DNA from: Bacteroidetes bacterium HLUCCA01
GTDB taxonomy: Bacteria; Bacteroidota; Rhodothermia; Balneolales; HLUCCA01
Assembly: GCA_001314545.1 (NCBI GenBank)
Contig: LIHN01000017.1
Location: forward strand, 15,904 to 79,903
Reading direction: 5' to 3'
Length of the DNA: 64,000 bases
Both the position numbers and the translations under genes were made by a program. The notes under the pieces are model-generated. The model made no database searches. It worked only from the letters and a program-made list of their open reading frames with translations, and was not told where the DNA came from. Below, in pieces: positions 54,607 to 64,000 of this stretch. Numbering within the stretch: position 1 is the stretch's first letter; each line of letters begins with the position of its first letter.

Positions 54607-55890
54607 ATGCTGGACAAACTCAAAAACCGGTTACGCGCGTTATCGTCGTCTTCATTCCTGCGGAATATCGGAAAGATGATGACCGGGACGGGGTTTGCCC
54701 ACCTGCTGGGGGTGCTGATTATTCCGGTGCTTACCCGACTCTACACCCCGGATGAAATCGGTCTGTATGCCAGCTACCTGTCTATGTTCACCATTCTGTA
54801 CTCGGTAGCATCCCTGCGTTTCGAATATGCCACGCTGATTCCCCGCACCCAGCGCGAGGCCAATAATGTTACGGCCCTGGCAACGGTTCTGGTGACGGTA
54901 TTCAGCGTGCTGCTGCTGGCGGTGCTCCTGGCCTTCGGACCGGCCATCCTTGCCCTGCTGGGTCAGGAGTCTTTGGGCAGGCTCATTTACCTGCTTCCCG
55001 TTTCGGTTTTTGCCTACGCGATGTTCATGGTACTGGTGTTCAGCCATAACCGGGTACGTACCTATGGCGACATCGCACGCGGGAAAATTCTGGGCTCGGT
55101 CAGTGTGGCCGGACTCCAAACCGGATTCGGATGGCAGGCGTTCAATCAAACCGGCCTGGTTTTGGGTAAGACACTGGGCGATGTTGCCGGGATGGCCTTT
55201 CTGGCATGGAAGCGATGGAAACTCGGTACCTCGGTCCGTGCGGGCGTTACGCCCCGTCGTATGATGGCCATGGCTAAACGATACCGGAAGTTCCCGGTCT
55301 GGAACGCGCCACATGCACTGACAACGTCTGCATCGAATAATATTCCGGTACTGTTGTTCAGCAGCTATTTCTCGGAAGCCATTGCCGGATTTTACGCTAT
55401 GGCGGTCAAGGCGCTGTATTCGCCGGTTCAGGTAGTAGCGCAGGCCGCATATCAGGTGTTCAGTCAACGGATTGCAGCCAAATACGCCGCCCGTGAGGAA
55501 CTGCTCCCCTTTATGCGAAGCACATTGCTGCTGCTTGGCGGGGTGGGTGTGGTGCCGTTTGTGATCCTCTTTTTTGTGAGCCCTGCACTGTTTTCCTGGT
55601 TTCTGGGACCGGACTACCGCGTAACAGGTGAGTTTGTGCAAATTCTCACGCCGTTTATTTTCCTCGTGTTTGTGATGACGCCGCTGAATTTCATCCCGTT
55701 GATGCTGGGCGAGCAGAAGAAGGCGTTTTTCCTGGATGTCCTGTATCTCCTGCTTCGTCTCGGGGCCCTGGTCACCGGCATTGTGCAGGAAAGCATCACC
55801 CTCGCACTTATGTTGTATTCCGGTGTAGGGGTAGTATACAGCCTGTTTATGGTATGGTGGTTTTTCAGCCTGGTGCGCCGTGCCGGTTAG
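54607..55890 (+). CDS. wzx: Oligosaccharide flippase (Wzx / polysaccharide biosynthesis protein family)
   Basis: 427 aa with about 12 TM and an N-terminal FLRNIGKMMTGTGFAHLLGVLIIPVLTRLYTPDEIG pattern typical of MOP flippases. Confidence 0.7.
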   Translation: MLDKLKNRLRALSSSSFLRNIGKMMTGTGFAHLLGVLIIPVLTRLYTPDEIGLYASYLSMFTILYSVASLRFEYATLIPRTQREANNVTALATVLVTVFSVLLLAVLLAFGPAILALLGQESLGRLIYLLPVSVFAYAMFMVLVFSHNRVRTYGDIARGKILGSVSVAGLQTGFGWQAFNQTGLVLGKTLGDVAGMAFLAWKRWKLGTSVRAGVTPRRMMAMAKRYRKFPVWNAPHALTTSASNNIPVLLFSSYFSEAIAGFYAMAVKALYSPVQVVAQAAYQVFSQRIAAKYAAREELLPFMRSTLLLLGGVGVVPFVILFFVSPALFSWFLGPDYRVTGEFVQILTPFIFLVFVMTPLNFIPLMLGEQKKAFFLDVLYLLLRLGALVTGIVQESITLALMLYSGVGVVYSLFMVWWFFSLVRRAG

Positions 55891-57139
55891 CTGTCCGTTC
55901 CGGCATTCTCAGATAGATGTGCATCGCCAGAATAATACCGGTGGTAATCCAGAGCTGATTGTCCAGAAATCCGGATCCAAGGAACTGATAGAAAATGCTG
56001 TAGGCCAGAAAGGTGACCCCCGTGGCGCTGGTTACAATTTTCAGTTCAACCGTGTCGGCCATGCGGAAATTTTGCCAGGCTATGTAGGCAATTTTATACA
56101 CAATGAAGCCAAAAAGCAGCAACCCGATCAGTCCGAGTTCAGCATACACCAGATAGGTGACATTGTGCGGCTCGAAAACACCATGGGTTTGCTGGAGGTT
56201 GTAGTAACTGAGCAGGGCATCCGGGAAACCACGCCATCCAACGCCCAGCAGCCAGCTGTCGAAAAACATACTTACCGACGCGTCGGCCAGCATCACCCGG
56301 ATGGTATTGGACGTGTCCAGTCCGTCGGTGAACAGACTGATAAACCGGTTCAGAATGTTCATGAATATGAACCGGAACTCCGGGATGGCAGCGATAAGCA
56401 GGATGGCGGCAATGATACCCCCGGTGAAGAGGCGGTACTGACGGTACAGCAGCGCCAGCACTACCAGCATGGCAATGGCGGAAACCCAGGAGCTTCGCGA
56501 AAACGTCACCAGTACGGCCACAAACATGACGACCAGCGCCACGGCCCCCGCTCCCCGTAGTACGAGGTTGACTTTGGAGAAGACCACCGCTGCCGTGAAG
56601 GCCATAGGCAGGAAAAACATGGAGGCAAACACATTGGGATCGTGCTGGCCGATGCGCGCCCGACTGGCATTCCGGGTTCCGTCGGTAAGGACATCCTGAA
56701 TGATGGCCTGGGGATTGTTAATGGTGCTGTAGATGGCCAGCGCTCCGAGGAAAACACTGATAACGGCAAGGGTGCCCAGAATCCACACCGCCTCACGCGG
56801 TTGGCGAAGCCAGTTGACAAACAGATACAATATCCCCGACAAAACCAGCACCCGTAAGGCATGCATGAAGCCGCGTTCGGCATCGGGCGTCCATAGCAGC
56901 GACAAAAATATCAGCCCGAAAAATAGCGCGTACTCCAGTTCAAATCCGGTCTTCCTGAAATCACCCAATCCTCCGGCAAACCACCGCATGATGAACACAC
57001 CAATGGCCCCCAGATAGGTAATCTGAAAAAGTGAAAACGGGATGAGACCGTCTTCCACAATGTTTACAATGTCGCCGAGCATCGATGCAATGGTAATCAC
57101 ACCGAGCAGCAACACGGGTGTGGTTATACCACGCATCAT
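55865..57139 (-). CDS. O-antigen polymerase/ligase-family (Wzy-like) membrane protein
   Basis: 424 aa, polytopic, with a central loop region FSRSSWVSAIAML typical of Wzy_C. It overlaps the flippase gene convergently by 26 nt. Confidence 0.65.
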   Translation of the reverse strand: MMRGITTPVLLLGVITIASMLGDIVNIVEDGLIPFSLFQITYLGAIGVFIMRWFAGGLGDFRKTGFELEYALFFGLIFLSLLWTPDAERGFMHALRVLVLSGILYLFVNWLRQPREAVWILGTLAVISVFLGALAIYSTINNPQAIIQDVLTDGTRNASRARIGQHDPNVFASMFFLPMAFTAAVVFSKVNLVLRGAGAVALVVMFVAVLVTFSRSSWVSAIAMLVVLALLYRQYRLFTGGIIAAILLIAAIPEFRFIFMNILNRFISLFTDGLDTSNTIRVMLADASVSMFFDSWLLGVGWRGFPDALLSYYNLQQTHGVFEPHNVTYLVYAELGLIGLLLFGFIVYKIAYIAWQNFRMADTVELKIVTSATGVTFLAYSIFYQFLGSGFLDNQLWITTGIILAMHIYLRMPERTANRHGAPG

Positions 57140-58359
57140 TAACTGGATTTACGTCCGAAACCAAGCTGCTCCTGCAATTCCCGGATCTGCTGGTAACGTC
57201 TGGAGTTGGTTCTGGCACCGTTGGCCATCATGTTTCGGTAAAACACAATCAGAAACGAAAGGAAAATACTGAACACCATGCCGCCCAATACGATGAAGGC
57301 CCTTCGCGGAGCATCTTTATAGGTGGGCAGATGGGCTGCATCCAGTACCTGAATTCCCCGTCGCGCACTTTCCAGATTCAGCTTTTGAAAATCATACTGA
57401 GGGAACAGGGTTTCGTAAATACGACCCTGTACCGTCACTTCGCGGAACAACCGGTAATATTCCAGGGCCAGTCCCGGTACGTCCTGCATGGCGGGTAATA
57501 CCTGCATACTGCCTGCCTGCTGTTCGCTGCGCTGCAGCAGAGACTGATACTGTCCCTCCAGGGCAGACAAGGTTCGCTCGAACCGAAGCAGTTCCGGATT
57601 GGTGGCGTTTACCGTTTCACGGAGCACCGCAACAGCTACTTCGGTTTCAACGATTTCCGCGCGCAGTGTGGCGATGGTGTTGATCAGGGCCTTACCCTGC
57701 TCCTCGATTTCAATGATGCCGTGGGTTTCCTGAAAGCTGCGAAGCGCATTTTCAGCCTGTTCCAGTTCGGCAAGATTTCGCTCAAAGCGACTCTCCAGCA
57801 TTTGAAACTGCTCAGTGGCGTTGTCGCGGTTGATTTTATTGACCGTCTCGTCAACCCGGCTGACGATAAATTCCGCTACCTGCTGGGCCTTTACCGGATC
57901 TTCATCGGTCACGGATATCCGCAGGGCTATAATCGGGTTGAATCCAAAACCGCCCTCCCGACTCTCCTCCACTGTGATGGCTTCATTCAGCCTCATCAGA
58001 ATCTCTTCCATGATGTCGGTTCCATACGCCTCGGCCAGATCAAACTCCTCTACAATCTCAACACGCAACGACCGGCTGTTCAGGATGGTCAGGATCACCT
58101 CCGGACTAATCTGGGGGGATCCGCCCAGGCTGATGGGCAGGGCGCCACCCAGCATGCCGGCAAGCCCGCTGAGGCTTTGCTGCTGCACAGGCGGCAGTAT
58201 CACGGCGGTGGACCTGAACGATTGGGGCCAGATCAGACTCACGCCCAATGATACCAGCGTGATTGAGAACACAATGGTGAAAACCATGGTTTTATACCGG
58301 GCCAGCACAATCAGGGCGTCCAGTAGATTTATATCGTGTTTTGATTCGTTGTTTTCCAT
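57139..58359 (-). CDS. Polysaccharide chain-length determinant (Wzz/GumC-like), with no kinase domain
   Basis: 406 aa with N-terminal INLLDALIVLARYKTMVFTIVFSITLV plus a TM, a long coiled periplasmic region and a C-terminal TM (AFIVLGGMVFSIFLSFLIVFY). No Walker motifs are present. Confidence 0.7.
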   Translation of the reverse strand: MENNESKHDINLLDALIVLARYKTMVFTIVFSITLVSLGVSLIWPQSFRSTAVILPPVQQQSLSGLAGMLGGALPISLGGSPQISPEVILTILNSRSLRVEIVEEFDLAEAYGTDIMEEILMRLNEAITVEESREGGFGFNPIIALRISVTDEDPVKAQQVAEFIVSRVDETVNKINRDNATEQFQMLESRFERNLAELEQAENALRSFQETHGIIEIEEQGKALINTIATLRAEIVETEVAVAVLRETVNATNPELLRFERTLSALEGQYQSLLQRSEQQAGSMQVLPAMQDVPGLALEYYRLFREVTVQGRIYETLFPQYDFQKLNLESARRGIQVLDAAHLPTYKDAPRRAFIVLGGMVFSIFLSFLIVFYRNMMANGARTNSRRYQQIRELQEQLGFGRKSS

Positions 58360-58366
58360 AATTCGG

Positions 58367-59659
58367 TTACCATTTATACATCGTGTTCGTCGGAGAGGGT
58401 GTAGTCCGGGACTCCGAATCCGGATTCAGGTCCGAAGCCGTTTGATTTTCCTCCAGAGCCTCGGCCAGTCGCCGGGCCCACATTTTCCGGTCGAAGTGTT
58501 CCTCAACAAAGGGTCGGGCATTGGCTGACAGGCGCGCGCGCAGGGCTGGATCATGCTTTAACTGCCGGATGGCCGCCGCCAGGGCTTCCGGATTGCCGGG
58601 CTCTACGGTCAGGGCCGCCCGGCTGGCATCCCCAACCTCGCGGATAATACCCCTCGCACAGTTGATTACAGGTACGCCGCAGGCCAGGTATTCAAAAAAC
58701 TTCACGGTTAAAATGCTCTCAAACACCGGGGTGTCATTAACGGGGTTCAGTCCTACATCCAGCTGGCTCAGATAGGCCGGGATGCAGTCGTGGGGCCGGT
58801 TGCCAAGCCAGTACACGTTATTCGGGCTCAAATCCTGAATAATCCGGCGCAACTGGTTGGACTGACTGCCCTCGCCCACCAGCACGATGCCGATGTCCGG
58901 ATCGTCTTCCAGGAGTTTGGCAGCCCGGATTACCGTATCCATGTCATGGATAACACCGATCGTGCCGACATAACCCACCCGGAATTTGCGTTCCTGCCAG
59001 GGTTCCGATGCCGGGATCTCTCCGGCCCCGGTGCGATTGAAAACCGCGGTGTCCACCCCGTTGTAGGCCACAAAGGTGCGTACTTCAGGACAGGTTTTGC
59101 GGATGAGGGCTTCGGAGCGGTGCGTTACCGGTATGACCAGGTCGGCCTTGCGGTACATCCATCGTTCAATGCGCTTGCTGATGCGATAGCTCAGATTTTT
59201 GTGCTCGAGCTGACCGGTGGCTATGGCCGCATCCGGCCATAAATCGCGTACTTCAAAATAAAAAGGAACCCCGTACAACCGGGCCAGAAGCAGTCCTGAC
59301 AGGGCACTGAAAATGGGTGGAGAGGTGGCATAGACCGCATCGTACCTGCCGGGATGCATCATGCCGTAAATCAGGCTGCTGAACATGTAGGAGGTAAACA
59401 TCGCAACCTGCTGAAGTATGTTTTCACGGCGTGTGGGTATAACCCAGGTCCGTACCACCTTGCCGCCCTTGTCGGTGGTTTCGTGCGACCAACGCCCGCG
59501 GAATTCTTCTTCAATGATACTGGATGGATAATTGGGCAGCTCGCATAATACATCAACCGTCCATCCGCGCTCTACAAAATACTTCCGCAGTGTACTGGCT
59601 CGCGTGGCGCCTGCACCGGTTTCAGGGGGATAGTATTGCGAAAGAAATAGAAGTTTCAT
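58367..59659 (-). CDS. Glycosyltransferase family 4 (WcaI/WbuB-like)
   Basis: MKLLFLSQYYPPETGAGATRASTL is the hallmark N-terminus. The C-terminal part has FFEYLACGVPVI. Confidence 0.8.
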   Translation of the reverse strand: MKLLFLSQYYPPETGAGATRASTLRKYFVERGWTVDVLCELPNYPSSIIEEEFRGRWSHETTDKGGKVVRTWVIPTRRENILQQVAMFTSYMFSSLIYGMMHPGRYDAVYATSPPIFSALSGLLLARLYGVPFYFEVRDLWPDAAIATGQLEHKNLSYRISKRIERWMYRKADLVIPVTHRSEALIRKTCPEVRTFVAYNGVDTAVFNRTGAGEIPASEPWQERKFRVGYVGTIGVIHDMDTVIRAAKLLEDDPDIGIVLVGEGSQSNQLRRIIQDLSPNNVYWLGNRPHDCIPAYLSQLDVGLNPVNDTPVFESILTVKFFEYLACGVPVINCARGIIREVGDASRAALTVEPGNPEALAAAIRQLKHDPALRARLSANARPFVEEHFDRKMWARRLAEALEENQTASDLNPDSESRTTPSPTNTMYKW

Positions 59660-59748
59660 GCATCATTCGGCCCGTTTTGCTATCTCAGTTCAGAAAAAGC
59701 TGCCGGGGTGACGAGAGTCGGGTGAGCAGGTTATGCGTTGTTCGGGTG

Positions 59749-61026
59749 TTAGTTGCGTAAAATAGCGTAGGCCGACAGTACGATAGATGCTGTGGACGTG
59801 ACGATGGCAAGCACGCTGGTATCGCCCACAAGAAAGCCCCGCAACGACTGACGCACTTCAATGACATCGCCTCGTTCTATGCGAACCGATTCCCCGTAAA
59901 GCACCGTGCCATCTTCCCGGGTTACTTTCAGGTTGCGTAGGGTTCCCACCGGCAGCAATCCACCGGCCAGGGTGATGTATTCTCCGGCTGTGTAACCGGG
60001 GATGTAGCTGAAACTGCCCGGAGCTCCCACATAGCCGTGCACCGCAACCTGCTTCTCGGCAAGAAACTGAATCTGGTCGCGCGGCTGCAGTACAAACTGA
60101 TCAAACTCGGTGATATTGATGTTGATCAGCCGCTGGGTTCCGTCAGGTTGCAACCGTGTGATGAATACATTTTCGAGATCGGCCTGACCGCGGATTTCAA
60201 TGGTTCGGTTGAACAGCTCTCCGAGGGTTTCGTTTTCGCGGATAATCCGGTAACCGAAGGTGTTGATAGCCCCGGAAAGGAGTACCGCATTTTCATCGAA
60301 GGTGCCGAAGGGTACGTAGACGCGGTCGCCCATCTGCATGACCGGATTGTTTTTCGTGCTTCCTCCAAAGCGGTACGACATCAGGTCTGCGTTGATAACC
60401 TCACCGTTTTCACGGGTAATCTGTATGTCAAAACTCAGGGCCAGCTGCCGTAACTGTGCTTCTTCGATGACATCCTGAAGCCGGTCGATGGCAAAGACGT
60501 CATAATAGCCGGGCTGCACCACAGCTCCATACACAAATACCTTGAATCGACGCAGACCGATCAGACTCACATGAACCACTCCGTCTCGCACTTGCTGCCG
60601 TACTACGGCTTCGGCCTGCTCCTGAACTTCGCTGAGCATCAGGCCGTTGGTGTCAACGGAGCCGAATCCCGGGATCAGAAGATCGCCGGCCGGACCTACC
60701 TTCAGGGTCAGTGCCATCGGACGGGTGGCTATGATGTTGATCAGAAACTCATCCCCGGGCCCGACGGCATAGCTTTCCGGATTCACACGCTCTACCAACG
60801 CAGGCTGATTGAGCGGAAACATAGGCTGCATAAGGGGATCAAACTCGCCCTGCTGTCCGGGCTGGGTGCGTTGCTGGCCCTGTTGTGATGTATTCGTGCC
60901 GGGACGATTGATCTGAGCCTGAACACTCTGCGTAAATATAAGTCCGAGGACGGCCAGAATAATCAGGAAGGAAGGTTTGTGTACATTCATCGAAAGAACG
61001 GATATGGTTGTATCGTTAACGGCCAA
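59749..61026 (-). CDS. Polysaccharide export protein (Wza-like; Poly_export + SLBB domains)
   Basis: 425 aa with a signal sequence, YAVGPGDEFLINI (PES motif region) and repeated SLBB-like segments (V.V.G.V..PG.Y). Confidence 0.75.
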   Translation of the reverse strand: MAVNDTTISVLSMNVHKPSFLIILAVLGLIFTQSVQAQINRPGTNTSQQGQQRTQPGQQGEFDPLMQPMFPLNQPALVERVNPESYAVGPGDEFLINIIATRPMALTLKVGPAGDLLIPGFGSVDTNGLMLSEVQEQAEAVVRQQVRDGVVHVSLIGLRRFKVFVYGAVVQPGYYDVFAIDRLQDVIEEAQLRQLALSFDIQITRENGEVINADLMSYRFGGSTKNNPVMQMGDRVYVPFGTFDENAVLLSGAINTFGYRIIRENETLGELFNRTIEIRGQADLENVFITRLQPDGTQRLININITEFDQFVLQPRDQIQFLAEKQVAVHGYVGAPGSFSYIPGYTAGEYITLAGGLLPVGTLRNLKVTREDGTVLYGESVRIERGDVIEVRQSLRGFLVGDTSVLAIVTSTASIVLSAYAILRN

Positions 61027-61073
61027 TAGTACGCAATATTTGGCTACTTTTCATTAATCTTACCCTGTTTTGA

Positions 61074-61955
61074 CTATTTATGCCGCGCTATGACGATGCC
61101 TGCAATAACTACAGCTGAGCCGGCATATTGCACCAGGGTAAGTTGCTCGCCCAGAATTAAAAACCCCAGAATAAGTCCGAGGACCGGAACCAGGTTCTGG
61201 TAGGTCGCCGTGCGAACGGCTCCTACCTGCCGCAGGCCGTAGTTCCAGATTATGTAGGACACGCCTACGGAAAGCAGCCCGTTGTACAGCACACCACCCA
61301 ATGCCAGCGCACTGATCTGCGTGAAGTCCAGTTCAAGTACCCAGGGTAAACCCACCAGCACCAGGGATGTTCCGCCTACCGTCATAGACATGGTGGTGAG
61401 CTGTATGGGCGGATAGTAATTCAGGAACCCTTTTGACATTACGGTGTAGGAGCCGAACACGAAGGCTGCGGCCAGCGTAAGTAAATCGCCGGTGAAGGTC
61501 TCGCTGCTCAGACTGATCCGCTCCGGCTTGCCCAGCAGGATCAGCAACACACCGGTAAAGGCCAGTGCCACCCCCACCGCCTTGAACCGGCTCATTTTCT
61601 CTGCACCGCTCAGGTGCGATAAGACCGCCACCCAGATGGGGATGGTTCCCAGCATTACCGCCGAGTTCGCTGAAAATGTGCGATTCAGCCCGAAAATAAA
61701 AAGCAGCTGATACACCAGGTTACCCAGCAGTCCCAGAACAATCAACCTCGACCAGTCGCCCGGTCGCAGGGGAACCCATCGGCCGCTGCGCAAGGTAAAT
61801 CCCCACATCAGCAGGGTGGCCAGGAAAAATCGCATGGCGTTGAAGCTCATGGGGTCGATCTCCTGAAGACTCATCTTGGAGACCGAGAAGTTCAGCGCCC
61901 ACACAAAGGCCACGCCCAGCAGCAGAAATTCAATAACTTTATTCGATGCAGGCAC
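61074..61955 (-). CDS. EamA/DMT-family transporter
   Basis: 293 aa with 10 TM and two EamA halves. Confidence 0.8.
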   Translation of the reverse strand: MPASNKVIEFLLLGVAFVWALNFSVSKMSLQEIDPMSFNAMRFFLATLLMWGFTLRSGRWVPLRPGDWSRLIVLGLLGNLVYQLLFIFGLNRTFSANSAVMLGTIPIWVAVLSHLSGAEKMSRFKAVGVALAFTGVLLILLGKPERISLSSETFTGDLLTLAAAFVFGSYTVMSKGFLNYYPPIQLTTMSMTVGGTSLVLVGLPWVLELDFTQISALALGGVLYNGLLSVGVSYIIWNYGLRQVGAVRTATYQNLVPVLGLILGFLILGEQLTLVQYAGSAVVIAGIVIARHK

Positions 61956-62164
61956 TATTTAACTGGAGGATTAAGAATGCATAAAGGGACTTCCGGGCAG
62001 TCGCTCTGCAGGGGAGTTGCAACATACACGCCATCTTCGGCAACCGGACCCCTTCAGTTTCTTTCAGACAATCTGCTAAGTTACCGCTTTTTCGTATCTT
62101 TGACGCTCCGGAATTCACCCTGCCAACCATCCCGGCCAACGCATTAACGACATCCAATTTAACT

Positions 62165-62572
62165 GTGATACAACGAATTCAATCGCTTTACCTGCTTCTG
62201 GCTGCCCTGTTAACGGCCGCCACATTTCTGACCCCGCTGCGCGACCGGCTCCTGGAAGATCCGGCCGCCTGGATTTTGAGCGCGTATGTTGCTGCAACCG
62301 TTTTTTCAGCGGCCCTCACCGTGTTCAGTATCCTGAAATTTGCCGACCGTCCCGACCAGGCACGATGGATAAACAAAGCCATGATTTTTCAGGTAATATC
62401 CGTTGGTGTCGGCGTGGCCGTATTCTTCACCCTCGGCGATATCGGTTCGGCTCAACTGGGCGAGGCACTGGCTGTCGGGCTCCTGGGTATCGCACTGGTG
62501 CTGCAGTTCCTGGCCAGACGTGCGGTACTGGCCGATGAAAAGCTGGTCAAATCCATCGACCGAATCCGGTAA
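62165..62572 (+). CDS. DUF4293-family membrane protein
   Basis: The N-terminus MIQRIQSLYLLLAALL is characteristic of Bacteroidota DUF4293. The protein is 135 aa with 4 TM. Confidence 0.65.
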   Translation: MIQRIQSLYLLLAALLTAATFLTPLRDRLLEDPAAWILSAYVAATVFSAALTVFSILKFADRPDQARWINKAMIFQVISVGVGVAVFFTLGDIGSAQLGEALAVGLLGIALVLQFLARRAVLADEKLVKSIDRIR

Positions 62573-62593
62573 TCCTCAGCACCGGACACTATT

Positions 62594-63526
62594 TTGTCAC
62601 ACAATCAGATACCCGTTCGTACCTACGTCATCCTGGCTGCAGGCCTGGCGATGTTCGCCTTTGCGCCCCTCATGGTTCGCGGTGCCGGTGCGGAAGCCAA
62701 CCCGGTTGCCATTACTACCATCCGCACGGTCAGCGCCTTCCTCCTGCTGCTTCCCTTCTGGTTGTGGGTCCGGATTAAAGCGGCCTGGAACCGTGAGCCC
62801 GTTGCCCGCAGGGTACTGACCCGTGCCGAAGTGGGATGGAGCGCTCTGGCAGGTTTTTTTCTGTCCGCCCATCTCATGCTGTGGATAGGATCTTTATTCT
62901 TCACCTCCGTAGCCTCGGCGTCCGTTCTGGTAACCATCCATCCGATTATGCTGATTATCGTAGAGTCGGTCTGGCTGAAAAAGAAATTCCCGATAGCCAG
63001 CTGGGTGGGGGTTGTGGTTGCTTTTTCCGGGTCTATTGTGCTTGGAATCACCGATTCCGGTCCGAATGAGACCTTTGCCAACCCATTGCTGGGGAATGTG
63101 ATGGCCCTGGCCGCCGCTTTCCTGTTTGTGTTCTACATCCTTATCAGCCAGAAAATCCGCAAAAACTCCGGCTGGCTGGACTATGTTTTTTCAGTTTATG
63201 GATTCACAGCGCTGGGCAGTGTGCTTATTGCCGCCGCCCTGGGGGTGAGCTGGTGGGTGCAGCCGCTGCCTACCGTACTCTCCGGACTGGGCCTGGCTAT
63301 CGGGGCGTCCATTATGGGACACGGATCGATGAATTATGCCGTGAAATTCATATCCGCAACGCTGCTTTCTACGTTGATTCTGGCTGAACCCGTTTTTGCA
63401 ACTATTCTGGCGTATTTCATATTTGATGAAATCCCGGTGGTGGGTTCCATGATAGCCATGGTAATCATCATGGCCGGGGTATTTACCACCTGGTGGGCAC
63501 GGCGGAGGAAACTGGAGGCTGAATAA
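62594..63526 (+). CDS. EamA/DMT-family transporter
   Basis: 310 aa with 10 TM and two EamA halves. Confidence 0.8.
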   Translation: MSHNQIPVRTYVILAAGLAMFAFAPLMVRGAGAEANPVAITTIRTVSAFLLLLPFWLWVRIKAAWNREPVARRVLTRAEVGWSALAGFFLSAHLMLWIGSLFFTSVASASVLVTIHPIMLIIVESVWLKKKFPIASWVGVVVAFSGSIVLGITDSGPNETFANPLLGNVMALAAAFLFVFYILISQKIRKNSGWLDYVFSVYGFTALGSVLIAAALGVSWWVQPLPTVLSGLGLAIGASIMGHGSMNYAVKFISATLLSTLILAEPVFATILAYFIFDEIPVVGSMIAMVIIMAGVFTTWWARRRKLEAE

Positions 63527-63646
63527 TCCCCCGAAGGCTGAGTTCACGTTCAGGTTCCATCCACGACCCGGTCAGCGCCGGGCTAAGGCAGTGGCTTAAT
63601 ACCGTTTTCAACAGTTCGTTCCGGCGCAGACCTGTGTGCTCTTCCC

Positions 63647-64000
63647 TCAGAATGTGTAGGAATAACGCAGGGTAAGATTCCTGCCCGGACCATCCAGGCT
63701 GCTGGCGTGCTCCCGGTAAGTCGTGTCCAGCAAATTGTCCGCGAAAAGACGTACCTCGCTCTGTTCGCTCAGTTTCCAGCTGCTGATCAGCTGCAGAACT
63801 CCAAATCCATCGGTTCCTGCCTGTGAAACCCTGAAATCCTGTTTTTCCGCCTCAGACAAACGGGTGTGTAGCAGCGCATAGCGCGACTGAAAAAGAATCT
63901 GAAACGTTTCACCGGGATGATAACCCAGGTATACTTTACCGTTAATCGGTGGAATACGGTCTACCGGGGTGCTGCTTCCCATACCATCGTGTAGTTCCCC
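63647..64000 (-). CDS. TonB-dependent receptor, C-terminal part (N-terminus beyond base 64000)
   Basis: It ends in ..GRNLTLRYSYTF, the terminal aromatic of the TBDR beta-barrel. The frame stays open upstream of the track Met (63982) to the window edge (..GELHDGMGSS..). Confidence 0.7.
   Translation of the reverse strand, partial: GELHDGMGSSTPVDRIPPINGKVYLGYHPGETFQILFQSRYALLHTRLSEAEKQDFRVSQAGTDGFGVLQLISSWKLSEQSEVRLFADNLLDTTYREHASSLDGPGRNLTLRYSYTF

Noticed and set aside
1-64000. Search for tRNA, rRNA, transposase or integrase genes and long (>100 nt) dispersed repeats
   Set aside because: I saw no T-loop-like GGTTCGAATCC-type signatures in a tRNA context, no rRNA-like segments and no DDE or tyrosine-recombinase motifs in any listed ORF. 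Scanning 64 kb by eye is not exhaustive.

Overview
This 64 kb window is a high-GC chromosomal segment. Hand-counted 60-nt lines run about 57-70% GC, against about 38% inside one island. The lineage looks Bacteroidota/FCB-like, based on a T9SS C-terminal sorting domain, DUF4293, a TonB-dependent receptor and ECF sigma/anti-sigma pairs. A Balneolales- or Rhodothermales-like origin is inference only. All domain calls come from motif recognition by eye; no searches were run.

Layout:
1. 1-9908 (minus strand): a tightly packed seven-gene operon and the most unusual feature. It encodes two Hanks Ser/Thr kinases, a PP2C phosphatase, three FHA-domain proteins (one fused across the membrane to a trypsin-like protease) and a MotA/ExbB-like channel with an atypical ExbD-like partner.
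2. 10750-18067: an arsenosugar-type cluster (ArsS radical SAM, AhpD-like protein, DUF2064, GT2) with flavoproteins and a fatty-acid-hydroxylase-family enzyme, but no arsM.
3. 18288-24959: two secreted amidohydrolases and an S9 peptidase.
4. 24960-28460: a low-GC island holding a truncated RHS core fragment whose toxin tip is replaced by an AbiEi/AbiEii toxin-antitoxin pair. A DUF4143 ATPase with degenerate Walker motifs follows.
5. 29781-39809: an amine oxidase and a glucan-utilisation set (MFS sugar porter, GH3, pullulanase, T9SS-secreted GH3).
6. 39987-47863: a methyltransferase, an AraC-linked redox cluster, an ECF sigma pair, an iodotyrosine-deiodinase-like nitroreductase and pyrR-pyrB.
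7. 47903-61026: a Wzx/Wzy-type exopolysaccharide locus headed by a large FG-GAP protein.
8. 61074-64000: DMT transporters, DUF4293 and the 3' end of a TonB-dependent receptor.

I saw no rRNA, tRNA, CRISPR array, transposase or integrase. Several short repeat families occur, including a palindromic element inserted in frame into coding sequence.
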